The position numbers and the translations under genes were made by a program. Below are positions 25,395 to 38,517 of a stretch of DNA of 64,000 nucleotides, piece after piece. Below the pieces are notes generated by a model. The model searched no databases. It saw only the letters and a list, made by a program, of their open reading frames with translations, and was not told where the DNA came from. Within the stretch, counting starts at the first letter, position 1. Each line of letters starts with the position of its first letter. Origin of the DNA: Mobula hypostoma (Eukaryota); the NCBI RefSeq assembly GCF_963921235.1, contig NC_086097.1, forward strand, positions 158,350,001-158,414,000. The letters are read 5' to 3'.

Positions 25395-26375
25395 TCCACC
25401 TTGATGACAATTAACACTGGTGCACCTCAGGGGCGTGTGCTTAGCCCACTGCTCGACTAGCTCTACGCCCATTACTGTGTGATAGGCACATCTCAAATAC
25501 TATCTATAAATTTGTTGATGATACAACTATTGTTGGCAGAATCTCAGATGGTGACGAGAAGGTGTAGAGTGAGATATACCAGCTAGTTGAATGATGTTGC
25601 AACAACAACCTTGCACTCAACATCAGAAAGACCGAAGAGCTGATTGTGGACTTCAGAAAGGGTAAGACAAGAGAACACACACCAGTCCTCATAGCAACAT
25701 CATAAGTGGGGAGAGTAAGCAGTTTCAAGTCCCTGGATGTCAATATCTCTGAGGAGCTAACCTGCTCCCAAAATATCAACGCAGCTATAAAGAAGGTAAG
25801 ATAATGGCTATACTTCATTAGGAGTTTGAGGAGATTTGGTATGTCATCTAAGTCGCTCTCAAATTTCTGCAGATGTACCATGGAGAGCATTCTAACTGGC
25901 TGCATCACCATCTTATATCGGGGGGTGCTGGGGTGGGGGTGAGGGATACTGCACAGAATCAAAGTAAGCTGCGGAGGGTTATAAAATTAGTCAGCTCCAT
26001 CGTGGCCGCTAGCCTTCATAGTATCTAAGACATCTTCAAAGAGTGATGCCTCAGGAAGGCAGTGTACATCATTAAGGACCCCGACAACCCCGAATATGCC
26101 CTGTTCTCATTGTTCCCGACCGGAAGGAGGTAGAGGAGCATGAAGGCACCCACTCAGCAATTCAGGAACAGTTTCTTTCCCTCTGCCATCTGATTTCTGA
26201 ACGGACATTGAACCCACAAATACTAGTTTTTAAGTTCTGTTTTGGTACTACTTTTCTACTTTTTAATTTAACTATTAATTATATATATCACTGTAATACA
26301 CAGTTTTTTCTACATTATTATGCATTGCATTGTACTGCTGTCACGACATACACCAGTGACATCAAATCTGATTTT
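25395..26375 (+). mobile_element. Rex1/Babar-type LINE, 5'-truncated and decayed
   Basis: ACTGGTGCACCTCAGGGGCGTGTGCTTAGCCC (TGAPQGxVLSP); AAATTTGTTGATGATACAACT (KFxDDT). Confidence 0.88.
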
Positions 26376-26542
26376 CAAACCCCCGACCCCACCACTCATA
26401 AGCCTAACTAGCTGCTTTAGGTTACCCCTGCTGTAGGAGAATCTGGACGATATTGGTGGACAAGTGAAGAAAAATGGATCAATGGAAAATAACTGCTCTG
26501 TGTTTGCATGAGCATGATGAACTGAATTGTCTCTTTTTCCAT

Positions 26543-27250
26543 CATCAAATTTCAAAGTTCTAAGTACGTTTATTATCAAAAGTACGTGTCCATTATACAA
26601 CCTTGAGTTTGTTTCCTAACCAGCAGCCACAAAACAAAGAAACCCAAAAACAAACCCCATATATGTATATAAATAAACCCTTTCTAACACCCAATGTGCA
26701 GAGAATAAAGTCCACATGAAGCCCATAAAAAAATAAAATAACCCATAAAAAAGGTTGTCGAATACTCAATGTTGAATGGATTAAAAAAAACACGCAAACA
26801 GTAACTGCAAGTGAATAGTCTTCCTGAACTGAAGTCTGTAAAGAGTCCCATAGTTCACTGCAGAGCCGGGTACACATCTTGGAGCAGTGATCTGAACCAG
26901 CCTATACTTCACCTCAGGCCCCAACATCTTGACCTTTTCAACCTGGCCCAGTGCTTTACTCTCTGTCCAAACAATGGGTTCTGCCACTTTGGGCAACAAT
27001 CTGAACCGGCCCGTACCTTGTCTTGGGCCTTGACACACTGACCTTTTAAGTACCAACCTGGTACTTAAATCTCATTCTGATATGGGTTCTACCGCATGGA
27101 TAGGCCGGACTTCACAAACTTGATTCAGCCTGTAAATCTCCATCGTGTCGATATGCGCTGGGGCCTAGACCCCTGCAGCTTCAATTTGGCTTGTGCCCAA
27201 GCTCTTCTATGCTCCCGGTGACAGGCTCATCGTCTCACCGCGCTTCAGTT
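26543..27250 (-). mobile_element. Non-coding retroposon with a Rex1-like 3' tail
   Basis: Left end TCAAAGTTC..TTTATTATCAAA..ATACAACCTTGAG is the reverse complement of the tail type at 51270-51335; body has no recognisable coding similarity. Confidence 0.5.
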
Positions 27251-28679
27251 TTGCCGCATCAAATTGCCTCCATGTCCAAAGGGAAGTAATAGACTATTAC
27301 TGCTGATGATTATTTGCCAAAAAAAATCGTGGTTAACAAAGTATTTCATTGCTATTCTTGTTTCATCAGCTACCAGCCAGAAGTTGCTGAGGTTCTCCAG
27401 TTCCATCTTAAACTGGAGCCACTTGTGCATAAGGCAATACGATGATTGGCTGGAAATGAAGCCACTGGTTCTGAAAGAAGTTGAGTTGTGTATGTTTGAA
27501 AAATAAAGCTATTCATGCAACATTAAAAGAAAATAATGAATTTACATTTTATGTTTTCATTCAGTGCCTCAGGTTTGTGATAAGTTTGGAATTCAGTTTT
27601 AATTTCGCAGCTCAGCCTGGCTTCCAAGGGAATAGTTCGGCTTTACTGAACACAGAGATTTGCTTTTTCTTTTTTTTCATGTATAAGAACCTTCTTCTGT
27701 GATTAACTTTAATCGGAAACCTGCAAGTGGATTAATAATTGTTGTCTTTGGAATGCTATATTGGAGGAAGATCTGAGGGGATAAGGACATCAGCCGTTTC
27801 TGAATGTAGAATGTCTTGCAGAAATTAATCATGAAAGCCCTTGCTAATTCCTTTGTAGGTACAAATTGAAGCAATGCAAGAGCTGTAGCTTTTTGCTGAC
27901 TACATCAACCAGCAATTCTCAGCTATGTCCCTTTCCATAGTTGCCAGTAAAGCTTGGAATCTCTGTGGATTAATTTGGTTCCTGCACACGCAGTTACTTT
28001 TTATTTGCAAACATGCACCCGAGCACTGATTGGGGTACTGCTATGATTCTTCTTTTCTGAGGAGAGTCGGCTTCAGTCTCTTCCTGCCTATTTACAGCCA
28101 ACTTGTTAACATGACAGATGTATGATTATTGATGCCATCCCTTGGCACTATCCCACTGACAAGGAGCCATTTGTGTGGTAACAGGTAACAGGCTGATAAT
28201 AGATGTAGAGGAAGTGTCATCTTGGAGTATCACAGTCGCAGAATGGCTGCATGAAGTGACGACACACTTGAAGTAATCCCACCAAGGTGAGTGTGCCTGC
28301 TTGCTTGTCAATCCTTGGTATAGCCCTTCTTGTCTTCTTGCAGCAGCCACTTCTGATAGAAAGCTCATAGAAACAGCTTGCAAAAACACACCATGGCAGG
28401 CTGTAAAAATGAAGCTGGATTAGACATATGCATAGTGTCTGTGGGTGCAGATCCGATGGAGAGATGAAATGTGTATTGTTGAGAGGATTACAGAATTGTA
28501 TCCTTGCCTTCTCTATAAAGAGTGTTCCAGCAGAATCATATACCGTGCACAAAGGGATAGAAGACCACAGTCAGTGCAGATTGGTAATAACATCTTGCTG
28601 GCAATGGGCACAGGCACACCTTAAGGATGCGTGCTTAGTCCACTGCCTTACTCTCCCTGAACTCATGACTATGTGGTTA

Positions 28680-29007
28680 GGGCATTTTCAAAGGTGGTGC
28701 TGCAAGAAGGCAGGATCCCTCGTTAAGGACCCCTGTCACCTGGGACATGCCCTCTCCTGATTACTTCTTTTAGGATGGAGTACAGGAGCCAAAAGACACA
28801 CTACATTTTAGGAACAGCTTCATCGCCCCTGCTATCAGATTTCTGAGCGGTCCATGAACACTGGTTTGCTACTCCTCATTTGCACTATCTATTTGTTTTT
28901 TTACTGGAACTTATAATAATTTTTTTACATCTTGCATTTTGCTGCTGCCACAAAACAACAAATTTCATGACATTGGTCAATGATAATAAACAAGATTCTG
29001 ATTCTAA
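28680..29007 (+). mobile_element. Rex1-type LINE 3' end
   Basis: TTAAGGACCCC..GGAACAGCTTC..ATAATAAACAAGATTCTGATTCT tail. Confidence 0.75.
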
Positions 29008-30391
29008 TGTGTTCTCACTGTTGGATTGGTACTGTTGCTGATACCATAAACACCTGGTGACTCTTGGCTGTTGAGCTCTTGGAATCATGGCGATTTTTTT
29101 GCCACAGAATGAGGCCGTTTCACCTATTATGTCTATGCAGGCCTTAAAAGGTTTTTCAGATTAATGCTGTTACCCTGTTCTACTGCATATTAAATTGTCA
29201 TTGGGTGTTTCCGGATGTGCGTATTTCTGTCTCTGGTACCCTTTCCAGGAAGTAGGTTCCAGAATCCCACCATTGTTTATACTTATCCGACAAATACTTC
29301 CCTTGGCATCTCTTTAATTCTTCTACCTTTGACCATGGACATAATCCCCAAGGGAATGAGGGAAGTGAGCATTTCTGAAAGGCAGAAGGTGCAAACGGAA
29401 AGGGCAAGGCCAAGAGATAAGTTTATCTCAGTACTGCATGATTGACAGTCTTCTTATTGTGAAATGAAACATCATAATGGGTATTTTTCAGTCATTCTAG
29501 AATATTAGTTGGGCACTTTAAAAATGGGATATGTGCATAGGTGACAGGTGGTCAGTGTGGGCTTGGTGAGCTGAAAAGGCCTGTTTCTATGCTGTATTTC
29601 TCTACGGCGCGTGACCATTTTGTGATATGAGTTGAGCTTCTTGGCTGTGTACCAGATTATTTCATTGCTTGCAAAACAGTTGTCATTGTAAAGACAGTTA
29701 ATGCACATTGTTCTGGAAGCACCTGATGGCCAGTCTGAGGTAACAACATTGTGAGTCCAATCTTTATCTTCTGTTCTCTGGGCTTGTTCTATCCTCTCCC
29801 TCCAGACCCTACCATGTACTGATCCCCTGGCCACAGCACTCACCTTCCTCCCTCTCCTGTTCTGAATATCTGATCATCTGAAGCCTCTGATCCAGATGTT
29901 CACCATATGGAGTAGGTGTTCATCATTCCTCTAGACTACTGAACTGATTGCTGGTTCCTTCTCCAATCCATCCTATACACCCTGACCCACTTCTTGATGT
30001 CCACCAGAGCCCAAGCCCTTGTCAGGTGTAAGAACTTTAACTGTCTGTCCCTATAGTACCAAATTTGCCATTTCAGCATGTTTTCAAGTGCACAGAATTC
30101 CAGTGACCATTAGGTAATATTTGAGCATTGGGTTTTTTTTGCAGTAGCCAAGTTTACAGCTGAGGAACCGCAACTGTCATAGTGCCATTGTCTCATTGCA
30201 TGCCATTGCTATTTTCATCCAGCACATCTTTTAATTAGGGTAAATGTGCCAGGTCTGGCTAAACGTTGTAACAGTTCATTGTAGAGGAGATGTTCAGTGC
30301 TACAGGGAAAAATTTGATTAGAAGATGGAAGGAAAAGCCGGAGAGATTAGTGCTGGAGTGAAATGCTCCCCAGAAACCAGAATGAAATTCT

Positions 30392-30558
30392 AAACACCAG
30401 AGATTCTACAGACACTGGAAATCCAGAGCAACACACGCAAAATGCTAGAGGAGCACAGCACGTCAGGCAGCCTGTACGGAAGGCCAAGACCCTTCGTCAG
30501 GACTGTTTATTCCATTCCATTGATGCTGCCTGGCCTGCTGAGTTCTTACAACACTTTT
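30392..30558. repeat. Short fold-back Penelope-3'-end-derived repeat
   Basis: CAAAATGCTAGAGGAGCACAGCACGTCAGGCAGC ... GATGCTGCCTGGCCTGCTGAGTTC inverted arms. Confidence 0.75.
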
Positions 30559-30717
30559 GAAGAAAATTCTTGCACGTAAAGTGTTTTGAAGAGCATTGCA
30601 GGTTTTTGATTCTCAGACTGTCCATTGCTTGTTCTGAATACCACTTCTGAATTAGAATAGAACTGCTTTCTTAAAGCTTGTGCCTCACAGCAGGTTGCTC
30701 TGATTACAGATTATGAG

Positions 30718-30718
<1 letters not shown>

Positions 30719-30751
<33 letters not shown>
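30719..30751. repeat. (TG)16 microsatellite
   Basis: Perfect TG run. Confidence 0.98.
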
Positions 30752-30756
<5 letters not shown>

Positions 30757-30899
30757 GCTGTAAGATATCGCTGAAGCTGCAGACACCACTTCCTAACTGA
30801 GCTCTTTTTTGCCTTGCAAATGCAAGCAGGTGAGTGAAATGGAAATTCATGTAAGCCTTCAAAATTCAAACAGGACAGAATAGATTTGTGAAGGTTGTT

Positions 30900-31520
30900 A
30901 GAGAGTCATACAGCACTTCAGCTGAACCTATCCATGCAGATCAAGATGTCAATCTGAGCTAGTCCCAATTGCCCGCATTTGGCCCATAAACTTCCAGCCT
31001 TATTATTCATGTACCAGTCCAAATGTCTTTTCATTGTACTTGTGGCCACCTCTACAGCTTCCTCTGGCAGCTCATTGCACATACCCTTTGTTTGAAAAGT
31101 TGCCCATCAGGCTTCTTTTAAGTCTTTCCCCTCTCGCTTTAGGTCTGTGCCAGCTAGTTTCAGACTCTCTTGAACTGGGTAGTCTAAAATTTTATTCCTG
31201 ATAACTGGGAGTTCAGTACATTAGGATAAGGGTTATGCCTTTCAAGACTACAATGAAAAGAAATTTCTTCTCTCAGAAAATAGTGAACCTGTGGAATTTT
31301 CTGTTACAAAACAGTTGGAGCCAAATTGTTTGGTATTTTCAAGAGGAGTTAGATATATTCAAGAAGGAGTTGGATATTGTTCTTGGGTCCAGAGTGATCA
31401 AGGATTATGGGTAAAATCTAGCTAGAAAGGGGTATCAAATATTGATAGTCAGCTGTGATGATATTGAATGGTGGAGCAGCCTGAAACAGTTGGATGTTAT
31501 TACTCATGTTTTCGATGTTC
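30900..31520. mobile_element. Two CR1 3' fragments in opposite orientation
   Basis: Minus-strand tail ~30900-31180; plus-strand AAATTTCTTCTCTCAGAAAATAGTGAACCTGTGGAATT ~31260. Confidence 0.65.
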
Positions 31521-32699
31521 CTCCCACACCATTATGTGGAAGACATAGAATATGCAACACTAATTGGACTTTAGAATTCCACATTAGATTGTAGGTAATT
31601 AACCACAGTCAACCATGCAGAATCCAATCATAATCCTACTTAATGATGTGAAGATTTCCCAACTAAAATAATGATAGTCCCTTCCTCTAGTCTAGATATA
31701 CAAAAACCTATTTTCAGATGGTGAAATAAATTAGATGTATTATTTATGCACAGGAAGAGTTTTTGATCCAACTTACACATGCGTGAATGGATGTTAGAAG
31801 CAGATTTGATAACCTTAGTCTAAAGATAAAATGTCTTGATGGGAAAAATATACTATGTTTTGAAAAATATGCATGAATCAAGGACTAATTGGGTAGCTGT
31901 ATCAAAGACTTATCATGGGCACAATCTGGAAAGTAGACTTTTGTGTTGTAACATGCAGAACCTTTCTATTCAGTCTGACTCTGCGGAGGACTGAGCTTTC
32001 ACAGAAATTGTATTTTCTGCTCTTTGACTAGGCCTCCTATGATGCCCAAAAGGCTAATGTGTAACAGGCATCATAAATGTAAAAGTCAGACTTCTGTCTA
32101 AGAGTTTTAAATTGGTTTCTCTATTATTATATTGAATGAATCTCTTATTCCTGGGTAATCTAAACTAATCAGCAGTAATTGCTGCAATTCACTTCCCTTC
32201 TAGCTCTTGAGTTCTGGCTTCCAAAGCAGATATCTGAACAAATTATTCTTCAAAAAGGTAATTGTATTTTACTGATTGCAGAGAAGTATCCAATCTTCAT
32301 AATAATAAGTTTTGTGTGGTAGAAAATACATCCTGAAAAAATATGGCTGATTTTTATGATAGCAGGTATTTTTTAGTTAATTCCCTATTTGATGATTCTC
32401 TTTTACATGAGTATGGAGAAGTCTTAATTGTTTAAAAATCAATTGTTGATTCAAAATCACTTCTATCTTCCAGTATTCTTGAAAATGTCAAAATGATTAA
32501 TGTTAATGGGGGGGGGGTATTTCCCATATTCTGCATCTTATCGTCATAGATTACAGATTTAGTCTCCATTGTTAACTAGAAGTTGGTAAAAGAGAAGTAG
32601 GAGCATTTGACTCCATGAAGTATCTTCTGCACTCCAGGTGGAGTTGATGGAGCAGGAATTCATTTTCCTTCAACAAGACAGCTCACCATCATCTTCTAT

Positions 32700-34260
32700 A
32701 GGAGAGGACAACAAATTCTGCTTTTGAATGTGGCTACACATGTTGATGGGGGTAGTTAAGAAGGCATATGGCATGCTGCCTTCATAAACTGCAGTACAGA
32801 ATACAAGAATTGGGACATTCTGCGGCAACTTTAAGAAACACTGGTTATGCCGTACATGGTGTATTGTGTACAATCAATTTTCAAAAGAAGACAACTTGTA
32901 CAAATAAACAAAAATACTGAGGACATGAGCTGTAGAGTTCTTGAATCAGAATCAGGTTTATTATCATCGACGTGTCATGAAATTTGTTAACTTAGCAGCA
33001 GTAGTTTAGTGCAATAAATAATATAGAAAAAATAAAATAATAACAATAAATAAGTAAATCAATTACAGTGTACCTATGTTAAATAGATTAAAACTCGTGC
33101 AAAAAAACCCCAGAAATAATATATAATTTAAAAAGTGAGGTAGTGTTCAAGGGTTCAATGTCCATTTAGGAATCAGATGGCAGAGGGGAAGAAGCTGTTC
33201 CTGAATTGCTGAGTCTGTGCCTTCAGGCTTCTGTAGCTCCTACCTGATGGTAACAGTGAGAAAAGGTAACCGTGTTGGAGGTCCTTAATAATAGATGCTG
33301 GCTTTCTGAGACACTACTCCTTGAAGATGTCCTGGGTACTTTTTAGGCTAGTACCCAAGATGGAGCTGAATAAACTTACAACCATTTACAACTTCTTTCG
33401 GTCATGTGCAGTAGCCCCCCCTCCCCCCGCCATACCAGACAGTGATGCAGCCTGTCAGAATGCTCTCCACGGTACATCTATAGAAGTTTTTGAGTGTATT
33501 TGTTGACATGCCAAATCTCTTCAAACTTCTAATGGAGTATAGTCGCTGTTTTGCCTTCTTTATAACTGCAGTGATATGTTGGAATCAGGTTATGTCCTCA
33601 GAGATCTTGACACCCAGAAACCTGAAACTGCTCACTCTCTCCACTTCTGATTCCAACATGAGTCTCTGGATTGTGGAATCAGTTCATTATTGTGGTGAGT
33701 GACATTATCCATGCTGGTTAGGGAGTTTGATGGTTGTATGGTTATAAAACTTCTGAATCTGGTGGTGTGAGACCTAAGGCTTCTGTATCTCCTGCTCAAT
33801 AGTAGAAGCAAGAAGAGAGCATGGCCTGGATGCAAGGATATGAATGGGCTGAACAGAAGAAAGGAGAAATTCACCAGGATGTAGCCTTGATGGAAATATG
33901 AGGTTATGAGGAGCATAATTAGGGTAGATGGTTAAATTCTGTTTCCCATTGGTTGGAGTGTCTAAAACATGAAGGGGTTGGTTTAAGGTGAGAAGGATAT
34001 GTTTTAAAGAGGACCTGTAGGGCACATTCTTTAATACCTGAAGTAGTTGATATCTGGAATGTGCTACCAGAGAAGGTATTGAAATCACCCATAATTATGG
34101 TGGTTAAAAGGTGTTTTGATATACACTTAAAAGGTCAATACATAGAGATTACATTAAGGTTCTAATGTGGGCAGGTGAGATTAGTGTGTCTAGGCTTAAA
34201 GGATTCCATGAAGGTGGAGGACCAGAAGGCTCATTTCTGTGCTGTACAGCTCTGTGGTTC
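32700..34260. mobile_element. Nested cluster: plus-strand CR1 interrupted by minus-strand Rex1-type LINEs
   Basis: CR1 AAGAAGGCATATGGCATGCTG (32758) resumes at AAATTCACCAGGATG (~33868); Rex-like 3' sequence at 32872-32943 and 33655-33850 flanks a younger copy. Confidence 0.7.
32944..33652 (-). mobile_element. Rex1/Babar-type LINE, 5'-truncated
   Basis: Colinear with and highly similar to 22104-22841, including the GAATCAGAATC tail. Confidence 0.9.
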
Positions 34261-36579
34261 TGTTAGTAACAGACATGTTCCATGGATGAAAACCAAGAAC
34301 CCAGTGGATCCTCTGTACAGCCCTCCTCCATTTACTGCTCCACGTTATTTTTCTCCTCTTTCTTTTCAGACTTCCATTTGTGTCCTCTGGATTCTTGTGA
34401 ATTATCAGCAACCATGCCTGGAGTGTGCCCTCCTTTCACTAGTTTTCCCTTCTGACCAGCAGCCAGGCTGCCCAGTTTATTGTTCGCACTAACTCCTGCC
34501 ATCATGTTGACCTGTCACAAGCTAACTTGGGTTAGGCTATTCACTAGACAACTTAAATTAGTTCAAACCTTGTACTTTATTGTCTCCACACAAGTGTCAA
34601 TATATCTGTGTTGAACCCAAGCCAATCATGAATCCTATTGTTCCCTTTGTACCGATGCTCACTCTTTCCACCTCTTCAATTTAAGGCACAGAAATAGGCA
34701 CTCTGTCATTGGTCAAATAATTAATCATCCTTCTCCCTGCCCCTGGCATGAGGGTCTTCCTTGTGGTAGTCTCCAGTTTTCTCACGGATTTGTGTTCGAA
34801 GTCCCTCATTTTATGTGTCTCCTTATCAGTTCAAAATGTGTTTTGTGCTTGTTGCCTTTGGCCTATCTAGCTAATGTGTCAGCTTTTTATTGGCTGTAGT
34901 CCAAGGCAGCATCATTTTATTGTCCTTCTCACAAGTAATGACTTACTTTATTCCCCCTCAGTCAGAGCAGTTCAGCCAGATCAGCCATTTGCTAGGCTCA
35001 GGTTACCTCAGGTGATAGAGACAGACTGCCCTATTCATAGACCTGCACGTTCTATCTTACCAAAGAACATCTTGTAAGCAACTTCTTATTTGGAAATGAT
35101 CTGTAGTTCAGCTGATCATCAGTAAAAGGGTCATTGTATCCACTTTTAAGTAACTTGATCCTGCTATTCCTGGGCAAAATCAGTTCGCAAGACAGTTCAC
35201 AAAATGGAGGTTGTAGAACAATTCACAAAACGGTGACCTCCATTTCTTCCACTGTATGGCATGAGCAAAGACATTTAGTTTGTCTCCTTCTGCTGTCCTT
35301 GACTCACTCCAGTTAGATGTTTTCTTTCATATTTTAATTCCTTCATTGCCAACAATTAACTTGCCCTTGCAGAGTTCTTCAGTTATATTTGATCCACATC
35401 CCAGCTCCTCTTGTGTTTCAAGGCTAACCTGACATAATAGCACTGCTCTGAATCAATTTCAGCTTGAAAGCAAATCCCTTCATACATCACACAATTGCAA
35501 AGTTAGAGACCTTTTGTATTCAGAATCCCAACATTGATTTACATCAATAGATTCATTGCACAGAGAGATCAATTTAGTTTCAAGTAGTTAATTTGAGTGG
35601 AAATCATGATCATACAATTCAGACACAGACAAATGTGGTTTGTTCCTCTGTGGAGTATTGGCTGTTTTTTTCATCATTTAACTGATGATGAATCCAGTTT
35701 GCTAAAGTCTGGTACTTGTTTCTTTGGTATTCAACTAGTTAGGAATGATCAAATCAGTGGTGACATGTCAGGGCTAAGATCTGTTGATTTCAGTTGTGAA
35801 ATTGTATCAAGAGTTAAGGAGGAAAAAGAGTTGAGGCACAGATTGCCCTTGACCTAATAGAATGCCCAAGCTAGCTCGAGGATCTCAGAATTGACTCATG
35901 ATTCTCTTTATTCTTTCTCTTGTTTTGAACAAGGGAGAAGTTTGGAAGTGCAAGTTAGATCCAAGGGCAAAAAGGAACTGAACAGATGAAATTCCCATTT
36001 ATTACCTTAGGGAAGTTTGAAACGTGTATGTTGACATCAGGGGCAAGGCCATTGGGAGTACCTAATGCCCTAAAGATGCATCACCTAAACTGTCTAACAT
36101 ATCAAAGCTTAAAGTTCTACAGCGAGAAAGGCAATAAAAAGATCCAAAAATTTAACATTTTCATCAAAGCAGCGTGTTTCACCCACAGGATTAGTTGGGA
36201 ATTCACTGACTTCACTCATTAAAAGCTGTAACATTTCTATAATTCAATGAAAGGTTGCTGTAATGTTGGAAATTCTGAAAGGTAGCGTTGCAGACTGGAA
36301 CATAGAGGTGATTGATCAAGAGAATTCCCCTATTTCAGTATGCCTTTGTAAACTGCTCAGTACGAATCCTAATTGATTAAGTTCATGTAAAAAGAAAATT
36401 GTTAGGAATTATTGGCCACAAAATGTCCAAGAAGGCAAATTCCAATGATTTCAAAGTTAACCAAATCTATCAAGTGAGATACAACAGGTATTAAATTACT
36501 TTGATGGCTTTGAGCACAGATTACTTGTGTCCATACTTGGAGACAATGCAGATGGTGAACCAGCAGCAGTATGGAGAGC

Positions 36580-36725
36580 ACTGTAGAAACTCGGCAGATC
36601 AGGCAGCATTTATGGAATGAAATGGGCAGTTGATATTTTGGGTCCAGATAAAATGTCGTCTGTCCATTTCTCTCCATAGATGCTGCCCGACCCACCAAGT
36701 TCCACCGGTGCTTTGTGTGTGCATC
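36580..36725. repeat. Short fold-back Penelope-3'-end-derived repeat
   Basis: CAGGCAGCATTTATGGA..AAATGGGCAG / CTGTCCATTT..TCCATAGATGCTGCCCG inverted arms. Confidence 0.75.
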
Positions 36726-36879
36726 CATACATGGTTGTTTGTTTTTCTGTTAGTGTAAATGAGCAAATGCTTTGCAGATCAGAACAAGAGGGAGTGGTAG
36801 AACATCACCAGCCTACTACCTGAAGTTATCTCATATATTCCATTGTCAGGAAAGAAGGCTGTACAATCCACTAAGTCTC

Positions 36880-37096
36880 TGCTGGCTCTCAGAACGTTCC
36901 CATCAATCTCAGTTTCCCTATAATTAATGCCTGTACTGTGTCCGTCAGTTCCAGAGATCAGAGCATCCAGGGACACCCCAGTGGATATGATGAGAATATG
37001 CAAATTACACGTATGTAGACAGCATCCAAAGCCAGGTCTGAACCCAGGCTTCCTGAGCAGTACCACAGCAGCACCAATTACTACACCACTGTGCTG
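36880..37096 (-). mobile_element. Degenerate tRNA-derived SINE
   Basis: GAACCCAGG..CTACACCACTGTGCTGC is the reverse complement of a SINE head. Confidence 0.55.
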
Positions 37097-37989
37097 CTCA
37101 CAAACTTCACTATGAAATGTGGATGAGGAACTTATTCTTCTATAAAGATGGCCCCTTGTAGACTTGATATCTAGCAAGTAACAAACCACAACCATAACCT
37201 AAGAACTGAGCAAGGATTCTCTTTTTCCAGAGCTGTGAAGGCCACTGGACTCATAAACACTTGTGCTGCAGCAAGAGGAAACATGCTGGAGAATATTTGC
37301 ACTCTCACGCTTTGCCACTTATTCTTGCATAAGGAAGTTTGATCAGGCTATCCTAAGAGGGATGAGAAACAGTGGTGTGAGTTGGCAGCAAACAGCAAAG
37401 ACTCTGGCAATGTAACAGTGGTGAGATCATAAATGCTGTTGTAAGATTAATGCTCCAAGGAATTGTTGCCATGTACCCAGAATGGTGCCTGACCAACTCC
37501 AGCACCATCAGAGGAAAGATTGCTGGACTTTAGTAGGAGCCTGCAAGTCCTTGTCAGTAACTAAGCAGCTGAACAGGACTTAAATAGAAACAATCTAGTT
37601 TGTTTCACTGCAGTTGTGAGTGAGCATCTCCTTTTATAATGCAGATTGAGATATCGGTTGTCAGGTGTTCCATTACGATTGGCTCTGGAACTTTGCTGAT
37701 GGAGTCACCCAGGAGTTATATGCTGGATAGGATGGGCTTGAACTCTATGCATGCTGATTCACATAGGAACATGAATTAGCATGCTCAAGGGTGTGGGGTA
37801 AATAGGATTTTGTGCATTGCAGAAGAGTTTTAAATGAACTCAACTAGGGTAGAACAAAACAACTAATGCAGGTGTATGATGGAATAAAGTGGCTTAAAGG
37901 AAGTGGAGTGTGATTGTAGGTTTTTGAAACTGAGATATGGGAGAGCCAGGCTACATAATGGTGATAGAAATAGACGGGCCTTGTGAAAA

Positions 37990-38258
37990 CGCAAACATGA
38001 GGAAATCTGCAGATGCTGGAAATTCAAGCAACACACACAAAATGCTGGTGAACGCAGCAGGCCAGGCAGTATCTATAGGAAGAGGTACAGTCGACATTTT
38101 GGGCCGAGACCCTTCGTCAGGACTAACTGAAACAAGAGATAGTAAGAGATCTGAAAGTGGGAGGGGGAGGGACGAGGGGTCTCAGCCCGAAACGTCAGCT
38201 GTACCTCTTCCTATAGATACTGCCTGGCCTGCTGTGTTCACCAGCATTTTGTGTGTGA
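37990..38258. mobile_element. Fold-back Penelope-derived insertion with 13-bp TSD
   Basis: Two inverted copies of the Penelope 3' end; GGCCTTGTGAAAA at 37977-37989 and 38259-38271. Confidence 0.9.
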
Positions 38259-38298
38259 GGCCTTGTGAAAATGTGGCCATCTGGTTCTAATAGAATAT

Positions 38299-38517
38299 CA
38301 ACACACACAAAATGCTGGAGGAACTCAGCAGGCCAGGGAGCATCTAGGAAAAGAATATAGTCGATGTTTTTGGCCGAAACCTTTTGGCAGGAGTGGCAAA
38401 GAGTTTCGGCCTGAAACGTTGACTACTCTCTTTTCTTGGATGTTGCCTGGCCTGCTGAGTTCCTCCCTCATTTTGTGTGTTTTGCTCAGATTTCTAGCGT
38501 CTGCAGATTTTCACTTG
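38299..38517. repeat. Second fold-back Penelope-derived repeat
   Basis: ACACACAAAATGCTGGAGGAACTCAGCAGGCCAGG / CCTGGCCTGCTGAGTTCCTCC..CATTTTGTGTGT. Confidence 0.85.

Noticed and set aside
28126..28389. SPWWDYF as a BED zinc finger start
   Set aside because: Cys/His spacing does not fit; single short motif.
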